From the NCBI RefSeq assembly GCF_004010195.1, contig NC_057717.1:104879904-104943903 (forward strand): a stretch of DNA of 64,000 nucleotides, given 5' to 3'. How positions within the stretch are numbered: position 1 is the first letter of the stretch; the number at the start of each line of letters is the position of its first letter. Position numbers and translations under genes: made by a program. The notes under the pieces are model-generated. The model was not told where the DNA came from, ran no database searches, and saw only the letters and a program-made list of their open reading frames with translations. Origin of the DNA: Chiloscyllium plagiosum (Eukaryota). Shown here piece after piece: positions 1 through 11,389 of this stretch.

Positions 1-609
1 TCAATTGTATATCACTGTGGTGCTTCTCTGTTAGGTCTTTCATGCCAGTGGGACGGGAAATGCCAAGGGATGGTGATGGTACTATCTGGGACATTGCATG
101 TAGTGTAAGATTCCATGTGTATGACTATGTCAGTCTGCTGATTGACTAGTCTGTGAAATAGCTCTTCTAATTTTGGCACTCGCCTCCAGATGTTGGTAAG
201 AAGGACTTTGCAGAGTTGAAAGGGCTGATTTTTGATAATATTGTTGCTGCTGCTTCTTAGAATGGCAAATAGTCCATCTGATTTCATTCCTTTTTTGAGG
301 CTTTTTAGTGGTTGATAAATAGCTTGCTAAGTCATTTCAGAAGACAGCTGAGAGTCTGGAGTCACGTATAGGCCAGACAAGGTTATAGATGGCTGTTTTC
401 CTTCCCAAAAAGGACATTAGTGAACCAGATGGATTTTTACAATAATTGGCAAAACTTTCACAGTCATCATTTGATTTCTAATTCCCAATTTTTATCAAAT
501 TCAATTTTTGACCATCTGCTTTGATGGGTTTTGAACCAATGTCCCCAGAACATTTCAAATGTCTCTGATTACTAGTCCAGCAAAAATACCACGATACCAG
601 TGCATCCCC
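1..609 (-). mobile_element. 5' end of a LINE: tRNA-like head and UTR followed by the AP-endonuclease N-terminus
   Basis: On the minus strand there is an A box TGGTATCGTGG (599-589) and a B box GGTTCAAAACC (537-527). ORF 12..287 contains KVLLTNIW...EELFHRLVNQQTDIVIHMESY, which resembles the first APE motifs. Confidence 0.75.
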
Positions 610-721
610 AGTCCACTTAATTCTACATTGCATTTGGGAAACTCCAAAGTTTTTTTTTTACAGTGTCTCTCAATTTTTAGTTTAATTTAGCGCTGACAGC
701 AGTACTATGTAAAATACTCAC

Positions 722-811
722 CAACAGAAGAAATGTCTGCCAGATGATCTTCACCCTCTTCGGGATTCAGTAAATCAGTTTTACTCTTTTTTATTGTTCC
801 TCTTCTCATAG
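722..811 (-). CDS. CACNA1A: Cav2.1 coding exon (equivalent to exon 10), I-II linker
   Basis: ttctttccag|CT ATG AGA...TCT GTT G|gtgagt, 90 nt, phase 1 to 1. It translates to (A)[43 protein letters not shown] matches Cav2.1 rather than Cav2.2 or Cav2.3, so this exon drives the paralog assignment. Confidence 0.92.
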
Positions 812-974
812 CTGGAAAGAACAGATTGGAAAAGTGAAGAGAAATAAAATGGATGAGATAGAATAGAGAGGCTTAGTTCTTCCTAACAAAAGCCCAATCT
901 TAAAAGAAGGAAATAAGCTGTTTAAAATAATGAGTATCAAATTTTCATTATGGGATATTTTTGTAAAGTTTGCA

Positions 975-1260
975 TGACACTAGTAACTCATATGAACACT
1001 GATAGGTCTCACAGCATGTACTGAAGACTGTTCATTAGCACACTCCCAGTGAAAACTGACACACTCTCAGAACTCACTGTATATATTGATGCATTGTCAG
1101 GATATTCCTGAAATTACTGGTGTAATCCCAGATGCTCACTGCAAATACTGCCACTTCCAGAATTTCTGCAAATTACTAGCACTCTCCCAGAAAGCACCTG
1201 GGTATTACAGCTCAGTATTGGGAATTAAGTAAATATTAACAAACTCCTAAGGACACCCAG
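975..1260. repeat. degenerate ~30-bp tandem repeat
   Basis: Recurring ctg(c)aaat(t)actg...cccaga units, e.g. at 1108, 1139 and 1166. Confidence 0.45.
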
Positions 1261-2025
1261 TTCTAACCCCAACCTAAGTTTGTATTCTGTATGGATTGTG
1301 TGTTTCATAAAGTCATATAACATAGAAACAGACCCTTTGGTCCAACTCATCCATGTAGATCATGTTTCTTAAACTAAACTAGTCCCACTTGCCTGCATTT
1401 ACCCCCTATCCCTCTAAATCCTTCCAATTCATGGACCTGTCTAAATGTCTTTTAAATATTGTAATTGTACCTGCATCTACCTTTTCCCTTGGCAGTTCAT
1501 TCATTTCACATACCAACCACTCTGTGTGTGAAAAAGTAAATCCTCAGATCCCTTTTAAATTTTTCTCCTCTCACTCTAAAAATATGCCCCTAGTTTTGAA
1601 CTCACCCCCCCCCCCCCAAGGGAAAAGGTCTTTGCTATTCACCCTATCCATGCCCCTCATGATTTAAAAAACCTCTATAATATCACCTCTCAACCTCCTA
1701 CATTCCAGTGAAAAATGTCCAACCTACCCTTATAACTCAAACCTTCTGGTCCTGACAACATCCTGGTATATCTTTTCTGAACTGTATAGCCTTCCTATAG
1801 CAGGCCGAAGAGAACTATATATGGTACTCCAAACATGGCTTCACCAATGTCCTGCATAACATCAACATGATGAGCCAACTCCTATACTCAGTGGTCTAAT
1901 CAATGCAGGCAAGCATACTAAACATCTTCTTCATCATCCTGTCTATCTGTGACGCAAGTTTCAAAGAACGATGTACCTGAAGCCCTCTCTATTTGACAAA
2001 ACTACCTAGGCCATACCATTAACTG

Positions 2026-2340
2026 GTTGGCACAATGGCATAGTCGTTAGCACTGCTATCTCACAGGGACCTGGGTTCGATTCTACCCTTGGGCGACTGT
2101 CTATATGGAATTTGCACATTCTCCCCATGTCTGCATGGGCTTCCTCCCACAGTTCAAAGTTGTGCAGGTTAGGTGGTTTGGCTGTGCTAAATAGCCCCAT
2201 AGTGTGCAGGGATTTGTAGGCTACGTGGGTTAGCCATGAGAAATGCAGGGTTACAGGATTAAGGTGGGAGGGTGCTCATCGAAGGATTTGTGTGGACTTG
2301 TTGGGCTGAATGGACTGCTTCCAGACTGTAGAGATTCTGT
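2026..2340 (+). mobile_element. tRNA-derived V-SINE (HE1-like) nested in CR1
   Basis: A box at ~2036-2046, B box GGTTCGATTCT at 2074-2084, V-domain-like ggaatttgcacattctccccatgtctgcatggg, and a CR1-like 3' tail. Flanked by taactg at 2020-2025 and 2340-2345. Confidence 0.85.
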
Positions 2341-2768
2341 AACTGCATAAATCCTGCTTTTGTTTGTTTTACCAAAATGCAATATCCACATTAAACTCCA
2401 TCTACCACTCCTTAGCTCAATTGATCAAGATGCCGTTGCAATCTTAGATAACCTTCTTCACGATCAACTATGCCATCCAGTTTTGTGTCATCTGCAAACT
2501 TACTAACCAAGCCTCCTAAACTTTCAACCAAATCATTTATATAACTGACAAACAAAAGTGGACCCTGCACCGATCCCAACAGAACATTGCTGGTCACAGG
2601 CCTCCAGCCCAAAAAACAACTCTCCACCACCACCCTCTATTTCCTAACATCAAACCAATTTTGTATCCAATTGGAAAGCTCTCCCTTAATCCCATGTGAT
2701 CTAACTTTACTAATTAGTCTGCCATGCAGAACCTTGGCAAAGGCTTTACTAAAGTCCATATACACAAT

Positions 2769-2981
2769 AAAAACCAAAAGAGTTGTAGATGCTGTAAATC
2801 AGAGGCAAAATGGAAATTGCTGGTAAAGTTCAGCAGATCTGGCAGTATCTCTGGACAGAAATTAGAGCTAACATTTTGGGTTGATGCTTCTGAGAAAGGG
2901 TCACTTGACTCAAAACGCTAACTCTGATTCCACTGATGCTGCCAGACCTGCTGAGCTTTTCTAGCAATTTCTATTTTTGTC
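2769..2981. mobile_element. old hairpin-shaped non-autonomous PLE pseudo-LTR derivative
   Basis: Imperfect inverted arms (tcagcagatctggcagtatc / gatgctgccagacctgctga). TSD tccata-ta(c/g)acaat at 2755-2768 and 2982-2995. Confidence 0.7.
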
Positions 2982-3204
2982 TCCATATAGACAATGTCTA
3001 CTGATATGCCCTTAATCCTTTTGGTTATATCTTCAAAAACGCAATCAAGTTTGTGAGACATGATTTCCCACACCCAAAGCTACGCTGATTATCTCTAATC
3101 AGTCCTTGTCTCCCAAAATGCATGTAAATCCTATCTCTCAGAAACACCTCCAACAATCTACCCACCACTGATGTCAGACTTACAAGTCTACTGATATTGT
3201 TGTT

Positions 3205-3392
3205 AACTTAAGGGTTAAGTCATGGCAGGAGATCCAAGATCGGTGTCATGCTCTTCCTGTGCAATGTGGGAATTCAGGGACCCTTCTGATGTCCCTGACT
3301 CTTTCACATGCCGGAAGTGTGTCCAACTGCAGCTCCTGCCTGACTGCTTGATGGCTCTGGAGCTACAGTTGGATTCACTTTGGAGCATCTCG
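3205..3392 (+). mobile_element. CR1 ORF1 N-terminal zinc-finger/leucine-zipper fragment
   Basis: From the ATG at 3222: MAGDPRSVSCSSCAMWEFRDPSDVPDSFTCRKCVQLQLL...LELQLDSLWSI (CxxC...CxxC followed by leucine-rich heptads). Confidence 0.7.
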
Positions 3393-3399
3393 CCATCTT

Positions 3400-3925
3400 A
3401 ATGAAGAATTCTACATTATGGTCACTCTTCCCCCAAGTAGCTCACACCACAAGGTTACTAATTAATCCTCTCTCATTACACAATACCCAGTCAAGGAAGA
3501 CCTGCTCTCTGGTTGGTTCAAAGAAGTCATCCATCATACATTCCAGGAAATCCTCCTCTATCACATTGCTACAACTTTGGTTGGTCCAGTCAATATGAAG
3601 ATTGAAGTCACCCATAATAACTGCTGGATCCTTTCTGATGCATCTCTAATTTCCTATTTGGTGCCATCCCCAACATCACAACTACTTGAATACACTTAAC
3701 AAATTCTTCACCATCCAAGCCCCTAACACTATGACAGTCTGTGTTTGGAAAGCTATAATCCCCCTCTATTACACTATTTTCTTACATATATCTGACATCT
3801 CTCTACATATTTGTTCCTCAACTTCCATCTGACTATTGGGGGCCTATAGTACAATTCCATCAAGGTGATCGTTTCCTTCTTATTTCTGAATTCTATCCAT
3901 ACAGTTTCACTGGATTGGGTATACA
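3400..3925 (-). mobile_element. CR1 endonuclease fragments
   Basis: ORF 3774..3968 reads ETVWIEFRNKKETITLMELYYRPP. A GDFN-coding motif lies near 3600-3620. Confidence 0.7.
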
Positions 3926-3939
3926 TATTGGTAGTTTTT

Positions 3940-6460
3940 TTTATTAATTTGTGGGATGTGGGCATCACTGGCTGGCCAGCATTTATTGTCCACCCCTAAT
4001 TATCTTGAGAAGGTCAGGGTGAGCTGCCTCTTGAACCACTGCAGTCCACCTGCTGTGGATTAACCCACAATGCCCTTAGGGAGGGAATTCCAAGATTTTG
4101 ACCCAGCGACAGTGAAGGAACGGCGAAATATTTCCAAGTCTGGATGCTGAATGTTTTGGAGGGGAACTTGAAGATGGTGGTGTCCCCATATACCTGCTGC
4201 CCTTGTCATTCTAGATACAAGTGCTCATGGGTTTGGAAGATGCTGAGGTGTTTGAGGATCTTTAGTGCATTTCTGCAGTGCATATTTTAGATAGTACACA
4301 CTGCTGCTACTGAGTGCTGGTGTTGGAGGGAGTAGTTGCTTATGGATGTAGTGCCAATCAGCAGGCTGCTTTGTCCTGGATGGTGTTGAGCTTCTTGAGA
4401 GTTGTTGGGGATGCCCTCATTCAGGCAAGTGGGGAGTATTCCATTACATCATGCTGCTGACTTATGCCTTGTAGATAGTGGACAGACTCTGGGGAGTCAG
4501 GAGGTAAGATACTTGCCACAATATTCCTAGCCTCTGACCTGCTCTTGTAGCCACTGTGTTTGTATGGTGAGTCCAATTAAGTTTCTGGTCAATGGTAATC
4601 CCCAGGATGTTGATACTGGGGGATTTAGTGATGGTAATACCATTGAATGTACAGGGCCTGTGGTTAGACTTTCTCTTATTAGGATGGTCATAGCCTGGCA
4701 ATTGTTACTTGCCACTTGTCAGCTCAAGCCTGGATATTGTCCAGATGTTGTTGCATTTGAACATGGACTGCATCAGTATCTGAGGAGTTGCAAATGGTGC
4801 TGAACATTGTGCAATCATTGGTGACCATCCCCACTTCTGACCATATGACAGAGGGAAGATCATTGGTGAAGCAGCTGAAGATGGTTAGGCCTAGGACACT
4901 ACCTGGAGGGACTCCTGCAGAGATGTTCTGGAGCTAAGATGACTGACCTCCAAAAATCACAAACATCTTCCTTTGTGTCAGGATTGACTCCAATCACCAC
5001 AGAGAGTTTCCCTCAATACCCACTCATGCCAGTTTTGCCAGGACTCCTTGATGCCACACTTGGTCGAATTCAGCCTTGATGTCAAGGGCTATCACTCTCA
5101 CCTCCCCTCTGGAATTCAGCTCTTTTCCCATGTTTGAACCAAGGCGGTAATGAGGTCAGGAGTTGAGTGGTCCTGGCAGAACCCAAACTGGGAGTCACTC
5201 AGCAGGTTTTTGCTGAGTAGGTGCTGCTTGATAGCACTGTTGATGACTCCTGCTATCACTTTACTGATGATGGAGAGTAGACTGACGGAGTGGTAATTGG
5301 CCAGGTTGGATTTGTCCTGCTTTTTATGTACAGCACATAGCTTGGTAATTTTCCACATTGTTAAGACAGAAAACAGTGTTGTAACTGTAGTGGAACAGCT
5401 CGCCTGGGGGAGCGGCAGGTTCTGGAGCACAAGTCTTTAGTACTCTTGCTGGAATGTTGTCAGGGCCCATAGAATTTGCAATATCCAGTGCCTCCAACTG
5501 TTTCTTGATATCACATGGGGTGAATCGAATTGGCTGAAGATTGGTATCTGTTATGCTGGGAATCACTGGAGGAGGTCGAGATGGATCATACACTAGCTGA
5601 AGATTACTGAGAAAGCTTCAGCCTTACCTCTTGCACGGATTGTGTTTGGGCTCTTCCACCATCGAGGATGGGGATATTTGTGGAGCTTCCTCCTCTAGTG
5701 AGTTACTTAATCATCCACCACCACTCACGACTGAATGTGTTAGGACTGCACAGTTTAGATCTGATCTGTTGGTTGTGGGATCACTTAGCTCTGTCAATGA
5801 CTTGCTGCTATTGCTGTTTGGCATGCAAGTAGTCCTGTTTGGTGGCTTCATCAGGTTGATACCTCATTTTCAGATATGCCTGGTGCTGCTCCTGGAATGC
5901 CCTCCCGCACTGTCCATTGAACCAGGGTTGATCCCTTGGCTTGATGGTAATGGTTAAATGGGGATATGCCGGGCCTTGAGATTACAGATTATGCTGAAGT
6001 ACAAATCTGCTGTTGTTGATGGCCCACAGTGCCTCATGGATGCCCAGTCCTGAGTTGCTAGATCTGATTGAAGTCTGTCCTATTTAGTATTGTGATAGTG
6101 CCACACAACACGATGGAAGGTATTCTCAATGTGGAGAGTGGACCTCATCTTCACAAGTACTATACGGTGGTCACTCTTACCGATACTGTCATGGACAGAT
6201 GCAGCTGGAGGATTGGTAAGGATGAGGCCAAATATATTTTTCCTGCTTGTTGGCTCCCTCACCACTTGCTGTGGACCCAGCCTAGCAGCTATGCCCTTTA
6301 GGAACTAATCAGTTCGATCTGTACTGCTGTTGAGCCACTGGTGGTGGTGGACATTGAAATCCCCCACCCACAGTACATTCTCTGCCCTTACCATCCTTTG
6401 CTTCCTCTAAATGTTGTTCAACATAGAGGAGAACAAATTCATCAGCTGAGGTAGGATGAT
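3940..6460 (-). mobile_element. decayed CR1/L2-group LINE of a second family (EN to RT to 3' tail)
   Basis: ORF fragments VREPTSRKNIFGLILTN..SDHRIV (EN), GPDNIPARVLKTCAPE, NYHSVSLLSIISKV..QFGF (RT) and INILGITIDQKLNW. The 3' tail is at 3940-4010. Confidence 0.88.
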
Positions 6461-7304
6461 AAACAGAACATTTTGGACAGATCTTGGAAGAAAAGGGAAA
6501 TTCTATCTGATTTCTTGGAAATTAATCTAATAGTTTAACCTGAGCTGTAGTTTACTTATTTACTGGAAATCAAGTGAAGTTGGAGAAAAGGCAAGAAAAG
6601 CTTTTAAAGAGATAAGAGATGCGTTGTTTGCTTTAATTATTGGAAAACCTGGCTTTGAAAGAAATAGGGAGCCTCTATGTTAATGGTTGCCCACTTTGTG
6701 GATTTGTGGATTTAAATTCTGTTTTACAGACCCAGGAGTCAGCAAAGAAGATGTCCAGAAGCTGTGAGACACTGTCCTGAAGTCCATTTCTCAGTACAAG
6801 TTCTTGAGAACCTAACAGTTTCCAAATACTAGTGTTTATGTCTTTCTGGTAAAAACCAAAAGAAGACTGTGACCAAACCCAAATACTCAAATCTTAATTG
6901 GGTGGAATCAGCAGGGAACATCTACCATTAATGTCAGCAATTCTGTTCCACCAACAAGAAATCCAGTGGACATGAGAAGTCACCACCTTGATTATCCTTT
7001 GTTTCTTGACCTTTGGCCCAAAGGAATTGTTTACATCCTTTCTCTTTATTTCAATAAACATCATCTTGCACCGACTTGTCTTTATGTTATGGGAATGTAC
7101 CTATGTATGGGATTCGGGGATATAATTTTAGCCCTGAATTATACTTTGCCACTTGCTTTAAGAATGAGTTTGTTTTAGTAGTATAAAAGAAAAGCAATTG
7201 ATCATTTTGGTAATTGAATCAACAACTTTATGTGACTGATGGAGTAGTGGAGCTTGATTATCAGCACATTGCTCACATTATTGATATAATACTGAACGTA
7301 TTAC

Positions 7305-7361
7305 CATCAAAGGGTGATTTTTCCTCAGTGTCAGTCTCCTCCTCTGCCAGTATCACCTCTT
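7305..7361 (-). CDS. CACNA1A: Cav2.1 coding exon (equivalent to exon 9), I-II linker
   Basis: catgcag|AA GAG GTG...TTT GAT G|gtaata, 57 nt, phase 1 to 1. It translates to (E)EVILAEEETDTEEKSPFD, similar to mammalian Cav2.1 EVILAEDETD...PFD. Confidence 0.92.
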
Positions 7362-7917
7362 CTGCATGAAATGAATAGTCAAAAAACAAGAAAGAAATGG
7401 TAGAAATATGATGAAAGGCTCTGCAATTAATTAGCAGTGCAAATTATTTCTCAAAACATACATATTTGCCTTATATACACATAAAATTGATTTCCTGAAA
7501 AGATTTATTAAAGTTCCAGAAAGTTTAACATGAAGAGTTGCTATTGAACACATTATGTTCAATTTTCTTCTCCCCGGGCCAATTACCAAATATGTCAAGC
7601 TATAAAGTTGTCGGGCTCAGTAATTTCAATCAGCTACTGCTGAGGTGGAACCACCAAAATAAAAATGAGATTCACCCTTCCCACACACAGATTAGCCCCA
7701 ACTGCATAAGCTAAATGCTACATTTAAATCAATAAAATAATTTGGACTTTTCTCAGACTCTGCCCAACCAAAATACACTCAGCTAATAAAAGCTGAACCT
7801 GGCTGTTGACAAATGTTGGTCAGGACCATACCAACTGACCTAGGTAGATGTTAGATCAGTGACCAGCACTCTGCGTGAATTAGTGCAAACTCTTCCTTGT
7901 AACTTATTTAATAAATG

Positions 7918-8050
7918 TAAGAACATAAGCACTAAGAGCAGGAGTAGGCATTTCAATCCCTTAAGCCTGCTCTGCCATTTAATACGATCATGGTTGATCT
8001 CATCTCAATCTCTAAATCTAACATTAAGTCTCTTTCCCTTCCCATAGATC
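7918..8050 (-). mobile_element. CR1 3'-tail fragment
   Basis: aagaacataag...gagcaggagtaggc...gcctgctctgccatttaatacgatcatggttgatc, the same tail type as at 11400, 39660 and 45065. Confidence 0.6.
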
Positions 8051-8887
8051 CTACCTGATTTTCTAAGCATTTCAAGTATCTTTTGTTTGTGCTACAAATG
8101 TCCTATACTCGGCTGGAAACTGTTAGACTTCCTTCTTATCACCTTGTCTATTTTAACAGCAGGCTGATATTTTACAACCCTTGATCATGGTGAAGACTGC
8201 ACTTCCACCAACTTTGTTAATTCTCTTTATAATGTTTAAAGCTATGAATCAGCATGAAGTTTCCGATTTTGAAATAAATTAATTCCAATTTCCGTTCATC
8301 ATGTCTTGGATTTTGGGGCATAGGGTGCACATTTATGATGTCTGAACCATCATGTGATTTGTCAGACGATATCTCTATTTTTCTCTCTCTCACAAAGTTC
8401 TATAGCTTCTGAAGCTATTATAGAATAACTTGTAACTTTATATGCTTAATAAAACAAGATACACTGTCCACTTTACTATGGCGATGTTGACGACTGAAAA
8501 AAATTCCAGATGATTAGGTATTTTAAAGTATAGAAGAAGGCCAGTCAGCCCATCATTTCTTTGTTGGCTCTTTGAAAGAGCTTTTCAATTAATTCTACCT
8601 AGCTTTATTCCACCATTCTCTTGCAATTTAATTCTTTTCCCATATCTATCCAATTTGCTTTTGAAAATGAATACTGAAATTGTGCCTTATACTTTTTCAA
8701 ACAGTAAATTCCAGATCATAATGTTCTACTGCAAAATAAAATCTTAACTCGCCTCTGGTTCTTTTGCTAATTATGTTTCATTTGCTGCTCCTCTAGCCAA
8801 TAGAAACATTTCTGTCCTTCTTTGTACATCCAAAATGCTTCATAACATTGAGCACATCTGTTAAATTTCCCTTGACTTTCTCCACTT

Positions 8888-9711
8888 TATTGTGAAGTCG
8901 AAAGATTGTATGGTCACTTTAAGATAGAAAGTATTTTCTAAATTTAAAGTACAACCACAGCTGCCAGTATACAGAACAGCTAAGAGTTGGGCTGTTCCAA
9001 AACAGGTACATGTGACAATTGGCTGTTAAATGGATACCTGCATTTTGCCTGCTGTTTCAGCAACAATTTAAATTTAACCAATTAAGTAAATTATTCTCAG
9101 GGTACCAAAACCCAATTGAGTTTGAATTTATTGTATTGACAACTTCAGACCAATCAGAGGGTATGATGTTAGGGGCTATATAATACGAGGGTATTTTTGA
9201 AAACTGGTCAGAGCAACTGCTGTAGATGTGGAGAGCAGAGGCCATTGAGGAAATAAACATCTTGATCTCAAAGAAATCTCAGAAGGCACTATCTAAAGGT
9301 ACCTTTTCATGTAAAAGCAGTAAAAAGTAAAAGGACAACCCAAGAAGAAGACAGGAGAATCGGATGACTGGAAGTAGGACCGGAAGGAAGACTGCATAAG
9401 AGACTGTATGGACTTTGAGAAATTATGTTAATGTAATATTTAATAATTGTGATATTAGAACAACACATTAATGGAATTACGGTTAGCGAAAGGATAAGTG
9501 GATAGTTAGGGGAAAGAGTGTTCTGATTGTTAATAGTTTTGGTTAGTGTTCACTGTTAGGGTTAAATAAATAAATAGTTACTTTATATTTATACAGTGGA
9601 AATCAGGGATCTTCTTTCATTCACACATTTTTAACAGATTACGAGGCGAGGCGATCTTTTCTGTGTGTTTTAGTATAATTAGCAGAGGGGTTTGACTTCT
9701 GCGTTGTAACA
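8888..9711 (+). mobile_element. solo LTR inserted in an old CR1 (8510-9960)
   Basis: Starts T(A)TTGTGAAG and ends GTTGTAACA, with near-TSD actt/actc. It is homologous to the LTR at 13181-13865 (ctttaaga, ccaatca, aaattagcag...ggggttt). AATAAA at ~9565. Confidence 0.75.
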
Positions 9712-10099
9712 ACTCTAAGTAGAACAATCTCGGCTGCTCTAGTCATTCATCCTGTTACCATTTTTGGGTGCATCTCTTCTGCATCCAATCCCAATTTGTT
9801 TGATATCTTTCCAAAAATGTCATGCCAGAATTGGCACAATTCTAACTGGGGCCTAATAAGTATTTGATAACTGTTTAGCAAAATGTCCATACCTTTGTAT
9901 TTGCTGCCTCTATTTAAAAAATAAAGGCTCCCATTACTTTAAATAGACTTAAATTTTCAAATTGACTGAACACCTTTTTTATTTATCTCCATATCTTGTC
10001 AAAGGCACCAATATACCCTGTATAATTAGGTTACAAGACGATTTATCTTTTGCTAAACTCCAGCTCAGTTTTGTTGGCTTGTTCAAGTCCCACACTTAC

Positions 10100-10215
10100 C
10101 TGCTTTACAAATCCACTCCAGATAACCATTCAGCTCTCTCTCAATTTGCTGCTGTCTCCTCAGTTTTAAGAATGCACGTCTATTTTCCACCCTCTCTCTC
10201 TCTTTGGCAAACTCT
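10100..10215 (-). CDS. CACNA1A: Cav2.1 coding exon (equivalent to exon 8): proximal I-II linker with the alpha-interaction domain (AID)
   Basis: ttgcag|A GAG TTT GCC...AAA GCA G|gtaagt, 116 nt, phase 2 to 1, in frame with the previous exon. It translates to [38 protein letters not shown]. Confidence 0.95.
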
Positions 10216-10383
10216 CTGCAATAAAGATTTCCCAGTATGGGTTACAGCAGTGACAGCAGGCTTTTGTTAAGGATAACTATTGAATCAAAGTCATTTTCAA
10301 GAGCACATCCAGATATTCACAACATTGCATTGTTAATGTAACCATGAGATTACTGATTTTAATTGTGCCATAGTAATCACTTC

Positions 10384-11140
10384 AAAGTTTGTGAGAAGAT
10401 TTGTAGCTCGGGTGCTCGTTGTTGTGGTTCTGTTCGCCGAGCTGGGAATTTGTGTTGCAGACGTTTTGTCCCCTGTCTAGGTGACATCCTCAGTGTTTGG
10501 GAGCGTCCTGTGAAGCGCTTCTGTGTTGTTTCCTCCGGCATTTATAGTGGTTTGTCTCTGCCGCTTCCAGTTGTTAGTTCCAGCTGTCCGCTGCACTGGC
10601 CGGTATATTGGGTCCAGATCAATGTGTTTGTTAGAATCTGTGGATGAGTGCCATGCCTCTAGGAATTCCCTGGCTGTTCTCAGTTTGGCTTGTCCTATAA
10701 TAGTAGTGTTGTCCCAGTCAAACTCATGTTGCCTGTCATCTGCGTGTGTGGCTACTAAGGATAGCTGGTCGTGTCGTTTTGTGGCTAGTTGGTGTTCATG
10801 GATATGTATCGTTAGCTGTCTTCCTGTTTGTCCTATGTAGTGTTTTGTGCAGTCCTTGCATGGGAATTTGTACACTATGTTGGTTTTGCTCATGCTGGGT
10901 ATCGGGTCCTTTGTCCTGGTGAGTATCAACAAACACATTGATCTGGACCCAATATACCAGCCACTGCAACGGACAGCTGGAACTAACAACCGGAAGCGGC
11001 AGAGACAAACCACTATAAATGCCGGAGGAAACAACACAGAAGCGCTTCACAGGAGGCTCCCAAACACTGAGGATGTCACCTAGACAGGGGACGAAACGTC
11101 TGCAACACAAATTCCCAGCTCGGAGAACAGAACCACAACA
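10384..11140 (-). mobile_element. Penelope-like element fragment (GIY-YIG) with inverted pseudo-LTRs
   Basis: ORF 10477..11037 contains NIVYKFPCKDCTKHYIGQTGRQLTIHIHEH...AREFLEAWHS (GIY-YIG). ~210-bp inverted arms at ~10420-10630 and ~10928-11140. 14-bp TSD atagtaatcacttc at 10370-10383 and 11141-11154. Confidence 0.92.
11064..11103 (+). ncRNA. minimal type I hammerhead ribozyme motif
   Basis: aca-CTGAGGA-t-[gtcacct agac aggggac]-GAAAC-GTC-tgc. The core is intact and stem I has one mismatch. Confidence 0.75.
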
Positions 11141-11389
11141 ATAGTAATCACTTCCCAAATAAAGGGGAAAAATGCTGAACTAATAATTCTACAACACAGT
11201 TGAGATAATCTGCCTTCTAACACCATTCCCTTGCATAACACTTGCACATGCATGTGGATTAGTTGATAACACACATTTCTGAATCAGCATATTATGGGTT
11301 CAATTCACACTCCATGAGATGGATTTTATGGTCTTATTTTATGTGGAGGTGGGGAGTGGAGGGGTGGTAGTGTGGTGATGGTGGATGGA

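Larger units (their letters stand above)
1312..3190 (-). mobile_element. decayed CR1 LINE (RT and 3' end), interrupted by a SINE and a PLE-derived insertion
   Basis: ORF 2412..2633 reads GSVQGPLLFVSYINDL...SKFADDTKL. A typical CR1 3' tail lies at ~1312-1440. Confidence 0.9.

Noticed and set aside
2026..2095. tRNA gene
   Set aside because: It has A and B boxes but continues into a V-SINE body and tail with a TSD. The heads at 527-609 and 48283-48370 are likewise retroposon-derived.
6530..7290. Possible old solo LTR ending near the exon-9 donor
   Set aside because: The composition and an AATAAA are suggestive, but I could not identify TG...CA termini or a TSD.
10477..11158. Mirror-image ORFs on both strands with identical N-termini (MLFPPAFIVV...)
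   Set aside because: An artefact of the inverted PLE arms. Only the GIY-YIG portion is real coding remnant.
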